Shown piece by piece: positions 11,753 through 25,481 of a DNA stretch of 64,000 nt (position 1 is its first letter; each line of letters begins with the position of its first letter). Under the pieces are notes generated by a model. That model was not told the DNA's origin and did not search any database. It saw only the letters and a list, made by a program, of their open reading frames with translations. The stretch is from Nageia nagi (taxonomy: Eukaryota; Plantae; Pinophyta): positions 10,788,001 to 10,852,000 of the forward strand of contig JBITNC010000002.1 of NCBI GenBank assembly GCA_050084985.1. Direction: 5' to 3'. The translations under genes and the position numbers were made by a program.

Positions 11753-14700
11753 GAATAAGATTATACTGGATTTTATTCAGTTTCCTATACTTTTTTTCCT
11801 TCATCAAATGAATATTGTTGTTTATGACATTGTGTAGGATGTTCTGTTCATCTAAAGACCATTACTATTACTGTTATATTTGGGATGTGTAGCACACTTC
11901 TGATTAACATTTGTGCAACAGACAGCATTCCTGATAGATAAGAGTATGTTGGGTCTGTAGAGATGCACTCTTGGTTTATATATTATTTCAGATGCAATTG
12001 CAATTAGTAACCTTTAAGAGAGTTTGTGGTTATCAAGATCTGCTTAGAAGCATGTGATCTGAAATTATTTGTTGGTTCAGAAATTTGATTAATGGAGTCC
12101 ATATTTTATACATATAAAGAATTATAAGTTATGTGATTTTGAAAAATTGAAATCATAACAAGGTGTTTTTTTTCTTCTTCCAGGATTGAGTGGAATGTGA
12201 GATAAGGAAGAAAGCAATTCAATCATCGAGAAAAAAAATATTTAAAAAATTAAAATTTTTATTTTATATATATAGTTAATTAATTTATCTAAAATTAATG
12301 ATATATTTAAGATCGAATATTTTTTATTTTTAATACATTATAAAAATTAGTTAAATTTATTATATATTTTATTTTAATGAATCTGTAATTTTTAATTTGT
12401 TTCTTTAATAAATGCAAATAAACATTCATGGTAAATAACAACATAAATTTTAGCTTTCTTTGAGATTGTAGTAGTTATAAGAAAACTCTATATATAATGT
12501 AGATCATGAAAGAATATTAATTTAATTATAATTAGATCTTCATAAAGGAGTTAAATATATAATCTTGAGATATCCTCTTGATATTTTAGCACTTGAATGA
12601 AGTATGTAATACTATTAACAACAATTACACAAGCATATTTCTATAAAACATGTTTAATACATATAACTAACTATTTTCCTCAAATTAAACATAAATAATA
12701 ATTATGTGATTAAAACTAATGATTGAAATGATGAAAGCTCCTTCATCATCTAATCTAAATAATTAAAACCTATTTCAATCCATCATATTTTTTTCCCATT
12801 TTCCATAAAAATTAGAATGTATTTGGTAAAAAAGTGATCCAATATTTTATATTAATATACCAATATTTTCTAGAACCATGTGTGCTTTGAAAAACTTTGT
12901 CTATCATTTGCTTGAAATCTAGCATATTGCTCTTTAATGTGCAAATATTTATCCTTTTGTAATTACAAAAAATTAATAAAACTATTTAATTTTATGTGCA
13001 TCAATAATGAGTGTTCATTATATAAAATCAAAAAAATTCTCATATTATATTTTGAATTTACATCTTTAATAATTATAACGCTTTTCAAAAATTCACTGTA
13101 TGCTTTGTTTATTAAATTACATTATGAGTATGTTTATTCATATTCTTTGATCACTATACTATATTATTAGTATTTTATGATGTGTATTCTTTGATAAATT
13201 GTACAATATATGTCATGCTCATCCTATTTTAAATGATTAAGTTATTCATCTTAAATATGGTTTTACTTCTCCATTCTATAGCGTAGATCCTTAATAAAAT
13301 TTCATAATCATGAATCATTCAACTTTATATATACGCAACTATCATTAACATAAGCATAATAGCAAATTAAGTCTTTCAGCTTATCAAAATATATAAAGGA
13401 TGAAGAGGTATTCTAGTTTGTATCCAACTTGAATGGTTATTTTTTCTTTAAAAATAAATCAAAATGTATATTTATCAATCAACAGGTTCTATAAAGAAAT
13501 ATTCACCTTCTTTCCATGGAAAATGCACATACAGCTATTTTGTCAAAATTAGAAGCATCAAGAAACAATATTATGCAATATTTGCCTAACCTTTTACATT
13601 TATGGAACATCTTCCTTCAAGTAAAATTTTCCAGGATCCTTAATCTCATGAAAACTTCTAGAAATCTTTGAAAAAGGCCAAAAAGTAATTCATAAACTCT
13701 CACAATTGCAGCGAAGAGGATTTTGAAGAAGTCAATATCCTCTAACCATTAGAAAAGCAAGAGCATGCATATTGCATTAGGGTCTCCATAAAATTCATTA
13801 AACAACAAAAGATTCTAGAATACCATTGGTGGGGTGCATAATGAAGTGCAAAGAATAAACATGTGATCATTAGATAGGCTATAATTTATATCTAGCTTGC
13901 GTTTTTTCTCTAAAACTACCTTGTTCAATACCTTGGTTTTTTTCTTGGAAACTGCCTTGTTCCAACTGAACAAGGAACTTCATGTCAAATACCATGGCAT
14001 AAAGATTGAAAAATGTATGTCAAATCATGATAATCCATTAATTATTTGGATCTGATCCACCCGTGTTTGCAGTTGGGGAAATAATATACAACAAAAAGGA
14101 GAGGGAGAAGCAATGGCATACCTGCAACATGGCATCTTTTTGTTTTGATGGACAAACAAGAAGAAAAACACAACTGGAGCTTTCTAAAGTTTAGAACACT
14201 GTTCAAATAATTTTAACATAATCAGGGCATGACTCGTTCAATGAATAGCCAACGCATTCGGTAATTAATAGTTGCTATGCCACCAACTTGGTGTACTGCT
14301 TCAAGAAACGAAAATATGTGAATGTGAACTTTTATTGGAGACAATCTAATGAAATTCTTTCAAACTGCACATAAACAAGGACCTATAATCTGTATGCAAC
14401 ATATCAATAATAATATATAGAAATTTTCTTCTAAATAACCACAAGTGTTAGTTTGACATTAAATTTCATTTGTCAACTTAAATATGGAAACAGTGAGACC
14501 AATATGCTATCTCAAAAATTTGATCCAATGATCGCTTGCGAAAAGTTAAAACCATCTTAAAGATTGACTATTCCATGAAAATCCATGATTAAAAGACAAC
14601 TATTCTAGAAAGCAAAGTTTCCAAAGCAATCCAATATCAGAATCCATACCAGCAATCTAAATATGAGAAACTCCATTTTACTAATTATTTAACGGATTAA

Positions 14701-15505
14701 CTTAGTCCGATATTGGTTTACAGCTCTTTGTGATGAACCATTGGATTTTGCAAGCTAAATTAATCCTAAAATTGTTTTCTTTAATTAGTCTGGGTAGAAA
14801 TGTTTTAGCAGAGGCCTCATCTTGCATTGTGCAATAGTTGCAGCACTTGATTTGCTATCCTGTCAAAACAAACTCCACATGCTATTGTCTTCAACACATG
14901 TAACACAAAATTCAAAACACATTAATGGCAGCATCTTTACATGTTAAGAATCATGCTACTACCATAAAGGTCAGATGATTTCTAACAGAAAACAAAACCA
15001 CCTGAACTTTCATATCCAACCAAGGTGCGTCTACTTCTTGCATCAAATAGCTTCTTACATTGCAATGTTTATATACCTGTCATTTCCATTCCCATATTTT
15101 AATCACTAGGAGGGGCAAAAAATACCAGACCTCTCCTCAAGTTGCTATTCCAGTTTACTGAATCAAGGGTGTGATCAAAGAAAGCTAAAATAATATTTGA
15201 CTAGCATATTGAGTTTCTCTGCTCTGAGCTTTTCTATATGAATTACATGATATTTTATTTCTCATTAAAGACAAGGCTCACTTCCACAAGAAACAGTTTC
15301 ACCAAGATAATTTATCCATTACTGTGATGTTTTGTCTAAGTAATGGCTAAAGTACAAGAATTAGATTCTTCCTTGACAGGAAAGAGTTACATACCGAATT
15401 GGAATTTGAAGTTTTCACAATGATATTTCTGGACTAAAGTACAGCAACTAAGTTTCTCCCTCTCGGAAGATGATTGTGTATATTGATTGTGGAGTATGAG
15501 GCAAT

Positions 15506-15712
15506 CTATATCGTTGCTACTGATTCTAACAACTGATCCAGATATGCTTTTAGTTTAGCCTTTGTTATGGCCCCTTCCCTTCTACTGCCTGTAACTTCTT
15601 TCCCATCCTTAAAAAGTATTAAAGCTGGCAAGCCATAGACCTTTAAATTTGCCACAAGTTGAGGATTAGAATCATGGTCAATCTTGAAGACCCTTAATTT
15701 GCCCTCATATTC
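15506..15712 (-). CDS. TRX-x: Thioredoxin x, chloroplastic, exon 2 (last)
   Basis: Acceptor TTGCAG; [20 protein letters not shown]...[31 protein letters not shown] is diagnostic of TRX x; stop TAG. Confidence 0.93.
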   Translation of the reverse strand, partial: EYEGKLRVFKIDHDSNPQLVANLKVYGLPALILFKDGKEVTGSRREGAITKAKLKAYLDQLLESVATI

Positions 15713-16199
15713 CTGCAACAAAATAAAGTTTTTAGCCCAAAACACCAAGCATTGTGGAAAGAGGAAACAGTAGAGGAGTTTAAGGAAGCTATACTATTAC
15801 AATTTCCTCAACTTATAATATTCTGTTTAAATAAACATAAAATATAATTACACATTTATGTAATTCATGTAAATTGCTGGGGTAAATCGTATGGGGCTCT
15901 AGTTTGTGGTCATATTTCCTTCCCTAGGAAGATCTAGAGACCCTGTCAGATTTTTACTCAATTACCAAGCATGAGGAAAACATATCCCCAAGTTTGTGGA
16001 CATCCATTGGATTGCACCTTGTCTGATACACCACAACAGTAAAAACATTAAAAAGAATCTTTATATTTGAGAATGAACACCTCCCAAACAAAGTTGGAGT
16101 GGTAAATTGGCATCCAAACAAGCCACAAAGATTTTTCTGAAGTTTCTGAGGCAGCAAAGATGTCCCTAGCTCTCCAAATATCCCTATTCAGTTGATAAA

Positions 16200-16700
16200 A
16201 AAGAATTATCTCTTGTGAGCATTTGAATCACTTTTCTTCAATAGAACAATATGTTGGCCCCTCCAAAGGCCATGATTAAAGTTTGGGCTTGGGATGGTTG
16301 AGATATCCATGGATAGAAAGTTAAGAACATTATGATTTCATTATAAAAAATAAAAAAATAAACATTTTTACATTTCAAGGCCTTGCAAATAGTGCTTAGA
16401 TATGAATAGAGGTCCTTGGGTCTGTCATAACCGATGGCCTTCTCTTGGTGATATGAAAAGTTTCAAGAAAACAACGTGATTCAGCATTAATCTCTTCAAT
16501 GGATGAAATTCTTAGGCAGACTGGCTATTGAATGTCGCCTTTCCTCAAACAATTGGCCTGACACCTTATGAAACATGTGTTCCATGAGCCTCACATGTAG
16601 CTTTGAGAAAACGGAATTTTGTACAGATCAACATAAAACCAGAAAAGCTAAATAAATTCAGATTATTAATAAAGTCCTTTAGCAGCTTGTGATGTACATC
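16200..16700 (+). mobile_element. Degenerate L1 ORF1-like remnant
   Basis: Fragmentary NRGPWVC...QWMKF..LAIEC...FVQINIKPEK resembling plant L1 ORF1 (DUF4283 region); heavily decayed. Confidence 0.35.
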
Positions 16701-17156
16701 AACATTCCAAATACCCATTTTCTTTGTTGAATCCATTACCAAAAGTTCAATGATCTTCCATTCTCCAAAACAATGAAGATCGTTGGTTGATCCAGACCAC
16801 TGAGGTCCAGTGTGGTAAGAATAAGAATCATGATTTCTCATATATAAATGGAGAATGTTCATTGTACAATATCTATAAAGATATCTCATTTAACTATTCA
16901 TAAGTCTGTTAGATTTATAGGCGAACATTGAATACATATAAAGGCAGGCAATAATTTCCTAAATAGATGTTAGATACAAATGCATATCAAAAGGTGTAGA
17001 CGCCCCATCCTTATTAACAAATGCGGGTAGGTGACCTTGAGTATAATAAGATGATTAATTGGGAAAAATATCCAACACCAAGATATGCAAGTCACATGAT
17101 CTCTTTATATGCCAATCATTAGTTACATACTAAGCATGACGTCAATGTGAAGAGGC

Positions 17157-19700
17157 TAGGTTGAATACAATGCATTACATCATGTTCAATTAGGTATCTA
17201 AAGATATAATATTAATTAGATAAAACATATTATTAATTAATTAATAATACTGCAGGGTGGTTGAAGCAGGCTAGGGTTCATCATGAAGCTACAACCACCA
17301 CACTGATTTATAAAACAAGTTTCATGTTGATATAAAACTTGCCTTTTGGGCAAATTCTGATACGGTCTCAGAGTTACCTACATGAAAGAATATATTTATT
17401 TCGTTCCATCCCACCAAAAATATGTGAAACTGATTTAGGCATAGTATCTCAATGTTGTTTAGCAAAGCATGTATTGAATAAAGGCAAACAGTGTATGAAA
17501 AATATAGTTCTAAAGATTAATGTGAATGTGAGTGGAAGGAACACAGTAGTTGTTGATGCTCTTATAAGGATGATATCATTGGGAAGTGACATGCCAACTA
17601 TCATATTTGGAGCAGATGTAACTCATCAACACTCCAGAGAGGACACCAGACCATTCAAAGCAGCAGTTGTGACTTCCCAAGACTGGCTACAAGTCACAAA
17701 GTATATGGGTCTAGTTTTTTCCCAGACACATTGTCTTGACATGATTCAAGACCTCTACAAAGTTGTGCAAAAATCCTTGGCATGGTGCTGTTGCTGGAGG
17801 CATGATAAAGTATCTGTTGATTTCCTTTCCAACATAGTAGAAATTAGAAACCTAAGGATCATATTCTACATAGATGGTGTGAGTGAGGAGCAAGTATACT
17901 CCGTCTTACTCCATAAGTTGGATACCATCTGCAAGGCCTGTATATCACTAAAAAAGAATTAGTATCCTCCTGTCACATTTATTGTTGTCCAAAAATGTCA
18001 TCACACAAAGCTTTTTGCAAGTAATCATCGTGACAGAAATATGATTGATAGAAGTGGGGAAATTTCACCAGGGAGACTGTGATTGATTACAAGTTTTGAC
18101 TGAATTTGATTTTTATCTCTGTAGTCATGCTGGTATTCAGCAAATGAGTAGGCTGGTATATTTCCATGTCCTATGGGATGATAATAAATTCACAGTAGGT
18201 ACATTACAGTCTTTGACAAACAATCTTTGCTACAGATATGCATATGTTGTTGCATTTCAAGCTCGGTTCTACATGAAGCCAGAAATATTGGATAGTCAAT
18301 CCTTACATAGTGGACATCCAGGTAGTAGTGTGGCTACCAGCTCTGCTGCTTGGAGTAGTTGTACAGAAACTGGAGCCGTTGTTTGGCCCTTGTCAGTTAT
18401 AAAAGAAAATTTCAAGAGAGTTATGTTCTATTGCTAATTGATTCTGTGCATCATCTTTTTCTTGAAGTTTGGAGGTGTTGGATGGTGAGAAAACTCAGCA
18501 GTCGAAGAATCCTCTCCAATTTAAATATGATGTGATGAAAATACATGAGATAAACCAAATCATTTTCTCCCAGATTATTGGTGTGGAAGAATCCTCTCCA
18601 CTTTAAATATGATGCATAGCAATGTGTTATTTGAAGAAAATAAAAAGGTTTTTTTAATGCAATGAAGAAGAAGTATATTTTTTAAGTGCGTGCAAGTTTC
18701 AAAATTGTCGTTTGTATATGTATTTTTTGCAAGACATGTTTTTATTATTTTTCTTCCTAAGGAACAAGCGAGGGGGGAACATTTTTTCTTTGATGCCAGG
18801 ACATGTTAGGGAAGGCATGAAGGTTTATTTTTCAATCAAAGAATGCCCCTTTTTCAATTGAGCGGTAGTGGGGGTGTGGGGAAGTCATCAAAACTTCCAC
18901 TATTAATGCTGTTTATGGTAATGTTGATGCATCGATAGCAGCATTGTTGTTGTAGGAGATAGTTATCATGTGGCTGGTAGAAGAACCACTGCCGCTACTG
19001 CTTAGTTGACACTAATTTGTTTTTGAATGTTCAAGATGCTGCCACCTTAGGATCTTTTTATGTTTACAAAAGCATTGCCTACAATACCACAAATATCCAA
19101 GACCTTTGGTGTTTTTGGTTAGAAGCGAATGACAGTTTGTTGGCCATTAGAGTGACCCTCTTCAAGAGGAACAAATACATTAACTTCTTGTGCAAGTTGG
19201 TTGACAAAAAATGATGGCTGATCAGCCAGTAAAGTGGCCCTGTTCAAGAGGAGCAGTTGCATTTTCTTCCTGTTGGTGTAGCAAGACCATTGCCACAAGG
19301 TGTTGTTCAACAAGTCCATTGTGGCTGAAATATTAGAGTTGGGTCCAGAGAGTTCATTGCCACTGGAGTATTGCAATAAGCTCATTGCCACTAATGGTTG
19401 GATGTGAACAATACTGTTCACCTAGATGATTCTGTTCAGTTTTGTCACCTTGTACCCCTGTTTTGAAAATGATGTAATTTAAGGGGGTTTTAGAACTTTA
19501 AAATTAGGTTGAATATGACGTATTACATCGTGTTCAATCATGTATTTAAAGAAAGGATATTCATTAGATAGAATATATTATTAATTAACTAATAAGGGCA
19601 GTCAAAGTACATTAGGGTTTGTTAAGAAGTTAGAAACATCACAATGATGTATAAAATGAGTTTCATGTTGATGTAAAACTTGCTTTTTGGCCAAACTCTG
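17157..19700 (+). repeat. Diverged ~200-bp direct repeats (17157-17360 and 19505-19700) flanking the AGO retrocopy; probable LTR remnants
   Basis: TAGGTTGAATA...ATTACATC.TGTTCAAT...ATTAGATA.AA.ATATTATTAATTAA...GTTTCATGTTGAT.TAAAACTTGC.TTTTGG.CAAA.TCTG is shared by both copies. Confidence 0.75.
17417..18437 (+). pseudogene. AGO1: Processed (intronless), 5'-truncated Argonaute pseudogene, AGO1/AGO10 clade, MID-PIWI to C-terminus
   Basis: [43 protein letters not shown]...[61 protein letters not shown]; no introns, frameshifts near 17770-17830 and 18075-18095, TAG at 17960-17962, internal deletion near 18240. Confidence 0.93.
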
Positions 19701-20218
19701 TGTTCAACAACATTAAACTCGTGACCTTAGGATTCCTGGCCAAGATAGAGTTGCTACTACCAATTGTAAGTTGAGATAGATCCCCATACTCTCAAAAATG
19801 CCTAGGTCAATCACCTTTGCTCTCTTCAGAAGGTAGAGACTAAAGAATATTTTATATTTGATGCCCCACACTCTATGGAACTTGAGGGCAAACCAGTGTT
19901 TGAACATAAACTCAAGATTGTCACTTGCTACCTCTTTCTACTATCTTGATCTAAAAAGATTTTCTTTGTACCTTCACAAAGAAGTTACTATAGGATTTGA
20001 ACCTTGCAAGAAATATAGATCACTAGCTAAATCTCCTACTATTCTCGTTGTTGGCTCTAAGATTTCATTTGCTGTTTTTATTACATAAATTTGTGATTTG
20101 GTTGTGTCTTCCTTCACTAGTGGTTACTAGGGCCTCTGCAACCTCTTCATATCACCTAGGCAAAGATAGACCCCTTTTCTTCGAATTCAACTCTCACTCA
20201 CAAACCAAATGGTCTATC

Positions 20219-20740
20219 CAATGTTATCAGGGGAAGCGTCCCCCCCTTTTTTCTCGTCTCCCCATCCCTCACGTCCCTGAGACTTGGGGATGCCTCAGGG
20301 GACATTTCCCCGCAGTCCCCTTTTTAGGGCGTACGGAGGGGACGTCCCTGGGACAATTTCCTAGGCCTTGGGGACATTTCCTTTTAATATTTTGAAAAGG
20401 AAGCCCCCCCCCCGCCTCCCCCTCCTCACTCCCCCTCTTGCACACTAAAAACAAAAAAAATTCTCAACTTTTTTATTAATTTTTTTTCATAAATCTCAAC
20501 TTTTTATTAATTATGTTACATATTTAAATTGGTCCATGGATGAATCATGAATACTAATGATGAATGAAACATTGAAACTATATCTAATATCTAGTTTTCT
20601 TAAATTTGAAAATTTTGAGGATTTTTTAGTATATATATACTTTCATCCGCCTCACATTTCCTAAAATCAATTCATCATCCTCTACTGTCCTTGGGGACTC
20701 GTTTCCCCGTCCCTCTGTCCCCCAGTCCGTGACAACCTTG
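20219..20740. mobile_element. hAT-type MITE (522 bp)
   Basis: TIRs CAATGTTATCA / TGACAACCTTG; perfect 8-bp TSD GGTCTATC (20211-20218, 20741-20748); subterminal GTCCC/GGGAC arrays. Confidence 0.9.
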
Positions 20741-21237
20741 GGTCTATCCAGAAATGCATCACCAATTTTATATCTTGTTTTGTAGTTTTATTCTCCTTGG
20801 ATGGTAGGAGAGTTGCATGAAATTTTTCGCCTCCTATAATTGTCTATCCAGGGCCCCATTTACTCCTGGCTACTAACCATAAGCATCATTAGATCTTGAA
20901 TTGGTTCTTTTAAATTTGATTGATGATAATACAGTTTCTTCTACCACTCAACAGTCAAGTACTGATTAGAGTCAGCTATGTTATCTGTGCAATCTATAAT
21001 GATGGAGTTGTGTGTTGTGACTATTCTCCTAAGGCTCACCCACTTTGGGTTTATACACATTATTTTTAGTGATCTGTATCATAGTCATTTTTCTGTTTTT
21101 TTCACTGCGTTATTTCTAGTTTACTGCCTTTTTTTGGTCTTTACAAAGCATTGTATCTAGACTTTTCTATAAACCTCCATTAACCTATGCTGATGATTCA
21201 TAGACATCAATAAAATTTCTCTTTCTTATTTTCAGGA

Positions 21238-21920
21238 TGGATACAGTGGTGGGCTGAGTCTATGCGGGTAAAACCTTGCTATTTTAGTAAAATTGAAGAA
21301 GAAATAGAACAATGCTATATTAGGGGCATTATCTTGATTGGGCCTAATGAAACTGAACTCGATAATAGCTGCTTGATTATGGTATCTTCCCCATTATAGC
21401 TTAGGATTAAAAATCATGTCATAATATCCTGAATTTCATGGCATTTTCTACAAAGCTTTATACATTCAGAGCTAAAAACCCAATAATATGGATAGAATCC
21501 TAGAGCCATGCTAATTGTCTTCTAATGATGCACCAGGATGTTTTCAATCACATCAAATTTCCAAATCTGAGATATATTGTTGCTTTTCAAGCATTACAAT
21601 CAGAGCCATAGCAACTGATGATTTGAAAAGTTGAAGAAAAAATGTAGCATAATGAATCACCATGCCCATGTCTATGTTCCCAGAATTGGAAATTGTAGAA
21701 ACGTATTGTCCAATACCATACAGATTATAACTCATGCACAGGACGTCCATACTCTATATTTAGTGGCTAACTAAAGTAATAAGATCTTTAATCTGGTTAT
21801 GAAAGTAAATATTTGCATCAAATGACATTTTGAGCTCTTTTGAACCCCAATGACAAAGATGGCTTAGGAATTACAGATGGTTCTAGCCAGATTCAGGCCA
21901 TTTCTGATTGCTGGATTATC
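21238..21920 (+). mobile_element. Degenerate L1 ORF2 (endonuclease-like) remnant
   Basis: GYSGGLSL and later FRP-like words typical of plant L1 ORF2; very decayed. Confidence 0.3.
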
Positions 21921-24900
21921 AAAGCCATCAAAGGTGATGAAGTAGATATTAAGTCTCGATAATTGTATCACCTCCTGTGTGCCATATGGAATGCCTAGTT
22001 GGAAAGGCCTTTCTTTCAATGGCACACTAATGACCTAACTCCAGTAAAAATCAAAGGCTCTTTTGTTGCTCAGTCAATTTTTATGACTTAGGAGGCACTC
22101 ATGTCATGCCCTACCAGAGATGCGTAGGAGACCAATTCAAATGAAGCATTCCTTCAATAAGAGTTCTTCACGGTTATTTGCACTTGTTAGAGAAAATAAC
22201 AAACCCTATGCAAATTTTAAGGAATTATAACAATGAGAGAGCATTTACCATACGCACTAGGAGACTATATTTGGTTATCCTGAAAAATGGTTGGGTCACA
22301 CAATGTGGTGGTTTTGCCTAGTATTGGTGTATTTTCCCTCCAGCAGGGGTTTTAACCTACAAAATGGTAGTTCTAACTTGTCAAACAACCAAAGAATTCC
22401 ATATACTTGCAGATGTTGATTGTAATGTCAAATAATGGTTACTTTGTCTGTTGAGAGAGTTTGAGTATGTGAACAGTAGGTTTGATGGTGAACAAGAGAA
22501 TGTTGCAAGAACAAGGGAGCATCAGTGATAGGTTAGCACTTGGCCTATACACAGATGCTTGGAGGGTTTCTTTCTCAACATGTATACATCCTTGCCTTGC
22601 TTTGCCTCAGATTCATCATCTTGTACTTGGTACCCTGCCTATGGTGATGAAGAGGGCATTGCCATTGTAATTAGACACAACTGCAGAGGTGAATTAGGCA
22701 GTCAGAATCAGTACTGAAGGCAGAGTTACGAGTTGAAAGGAGCACAACAAAGAGTGCTCATGCTTGCTGATATAGATGCACCACATTGTAGCCTTGCTCT
22801 TGTTGTCTTATTCATTATTGCAATTTCAATCATTAATGAAATACGCCAAGATCCTTTGAAACAAAAGGAGCTTTCACCCGTTTACAGGTTGCTCCACCAA
22901 TAAATACATGTCCCTTTTGTGCAGTTTCTATTTGGTTGTATGCCTCATGCCCATTACTTCTGTACATATTTATGGTTGCATGAAGAAGGTGGGCATGTAC
23001 TAGAAGCAAGCATAACAGATTTTGAAAACATATAAAAGAAGCTTACTTCAAAAGAAAAGTCAAAGATCCATGAGTTACCAATTTTGTTGAACCTTTCTGC
23101 TAATAAACTGATGGAGCTATGGGATTATAACATTATATAGAGTCTTATATTGTTTGATAGTTTTTTAAATTGTTAGCAAGCCTTTCGTAGCTTCTTGCAG
23201 GAAGAAGTACTTTCATAAGCCAATCAATTATTTGAACTGTTCACTGACATCATAAAAGAGCATGAAAATTTGATATCCATCACATATCATTGAGAATTGA
23301 AATGGAGATCCAACATAGCTTGTGCGTTTTGATTTGCCAAGAATAACCTTCTAATTCTTTCGTCGCAGCAGATATAGTATTACCACCATATGTTTTAGAA
23401 GCATAGTTCTCCTCAAATAAGCATTTGTCATTTGGTGTGCTTAGTACATGATTCCAAATGATGAGTAAGGATGATCCACATTTTGATAGGAAAATGATCC
23501 CACGGAGACAAAAGTAATTAAACAACAGTAGAACATATTTTTGTTAAATTATTTAGTTATTGGTATGCCAGCTCCATCCAAGTCTTTGTCCAGTTTTCTT
23601 GCTTGATGCAAGTCAGTCAAAAATTGGCTTGCCAACTCCAAGTCTCAAAACTATTGTTTGTATTCTGCTAGCTGGTGAAGATGCTAGCTTAGACTCTCAT
23701 TTGTATATTACGTTTGTATTTTAGAAAATTGTCCAGCAAGAGATACACACATGTCACCAGAGGCCAGACAATCCTTGTGACTAGAGAACTACACCTAATA
23801 ACATGAGAAATCACTGTGAATCATCCAACATCCAATTGCCTGAATTCTACATAAATGGAAACAGGATTTGCACAATTGCATGGATTTTCAGGATTTTATT
23901 ATACAACTTATTTATGTGAGAAACAATCATTCAAATACATAATTAATATATATTTACTTCTGGACAAACTTTAATAGGTCCCCGTCCTACAAACCAATGG
24001 GTTTAAAAGGATTTTAAAAGACTTATCTATCTATCTAATGAAGATTGGTGGTGGGGCAGCCTACTATCTCATTTATTTCTAGAGAGAAATGGAATAAAAT
24101 GGCCATCATAAATTCTCAAAGAGGTCAGAGCAGGGCAGACAACTGGGCTGGTATAGGTTCTTAGCCTGAATCCTAACCTTTTCACATTTTCTAGCAAATA
24201 TCACATAGTTCAATTTATTTTCTCCTTGCTAAACGTCTTTGATTTGTTAAATACAAGTCTAAATAGCATACCTATAAATACAGAGTTCATTCAAAATTTC
24301 TACACATTTTTTTTATCATGTTATACATGTATAACAGACTTCAAGGCAGATTTGGCTAAACTACAACGATAACGTAACTCTTCCATCAGATTTTCTGGAC
24401 ACTTTCCTCTGTTGTATATTTAATATAATTAAAATTTTATTTGAGGTTTGTCATCTCTAGAAGCTGTAAACATAAATCCAAAAAATTGTCCTGTGTGGAC
24501 ATTGTACGCTTTGTCTCGAAGATAAGAATCTGAACATGATATACCAAAGTGAATTATTTGCATTTTAGTGTAATAGCACTTAAAAACAATAATCCTAGCA
24601 GGCTAGCACTTGTTTTTCCTTGAATGAAGAAGAAAAATGCAAAATTAGGCTATTCATACATAACTTTGGAAATTGTACTCTTAACAAATGACTTCCCAGA
24701 CCACTGTACTCGACCAATCCGATATATAAACTCAACACAATTCTTTATTTTTGAATCTACCCACATAGTATTACATTTTGATTAATTTTAAACGTAGTTA
24801 TTCATCAGTCAACTATCTTGTGCATCCCATGTACAGTGGGTCAAGAGGTCTGACTCCATAATGTGGTGAATTCCAAAATCTATAAGCATAACAATCCTTA

Positions 24901-25136
24901 TATTTTTTTCCAATTCCAAAACCATATCTTAAAACAATCCCATCAATCTACACTTAAAAAAACAAAAAAAAATACTTGAACAAAAGGGCTAGTGCACAAG
25001 CACAATTCATTAACAACAAGAGCATCTATAATGAAATTCGAGTGGCCTTAAACTCATAAAAGTCCTACCCGGTCCTATGTTTAATTCATTCATACACTCA
25101 CACACACCCACCAATTCATAAGGAAAGAAAGGGGAC

Positions 25137-25481
25137 CTGAGCAGCCCAATCAATAGTGGGTGCAATTAATTTGCAAGGACCACACCACGGTGCCACAAAA
25201 TCCAAAAGCACGGGAAGATCAGAATTCAGCACTTTCTCCTGAAAATCACTCTCCCCAACAGTACCAGCCTTGCATCTGACTACAACCCCTTTCATTCTCA
25301 TCGTCGTATTGGAACTAATTTTAACACTGGAAATGGTAATAGGTATTGATAATCCTGCAGCCCATTGCTGCTTTTGACACAAAATCGTATGACCACATAG
25401 AACTGGTGATAACTTGGAAGGAGAAAGGGATAAAGCGTATCCAATTGAGCCCTGCAATTTGCACACGTTCATGGCTGCCAT
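25137..25481 (-). CDS. TRX-x: Thioredoxin x, chloroplastic, exon 1
   Basis: Ser-rich transit peptide, [25 protein letters not shown] (WCGPC active site); donor CAG|GTCCCC in phase 0 joins exon 2 to give 183 aa; intron 15713-25136. Confidence 0.93.

Noticed and set aside
17339-18437. Functional short Argonaute (MID-PIWI only) gene
   Set aside because: No ATG in context, frameshifts, an in-frame stop and loss of the catalytic His region; the first ~26 codons of the listed ORF come from the flanking repeat.
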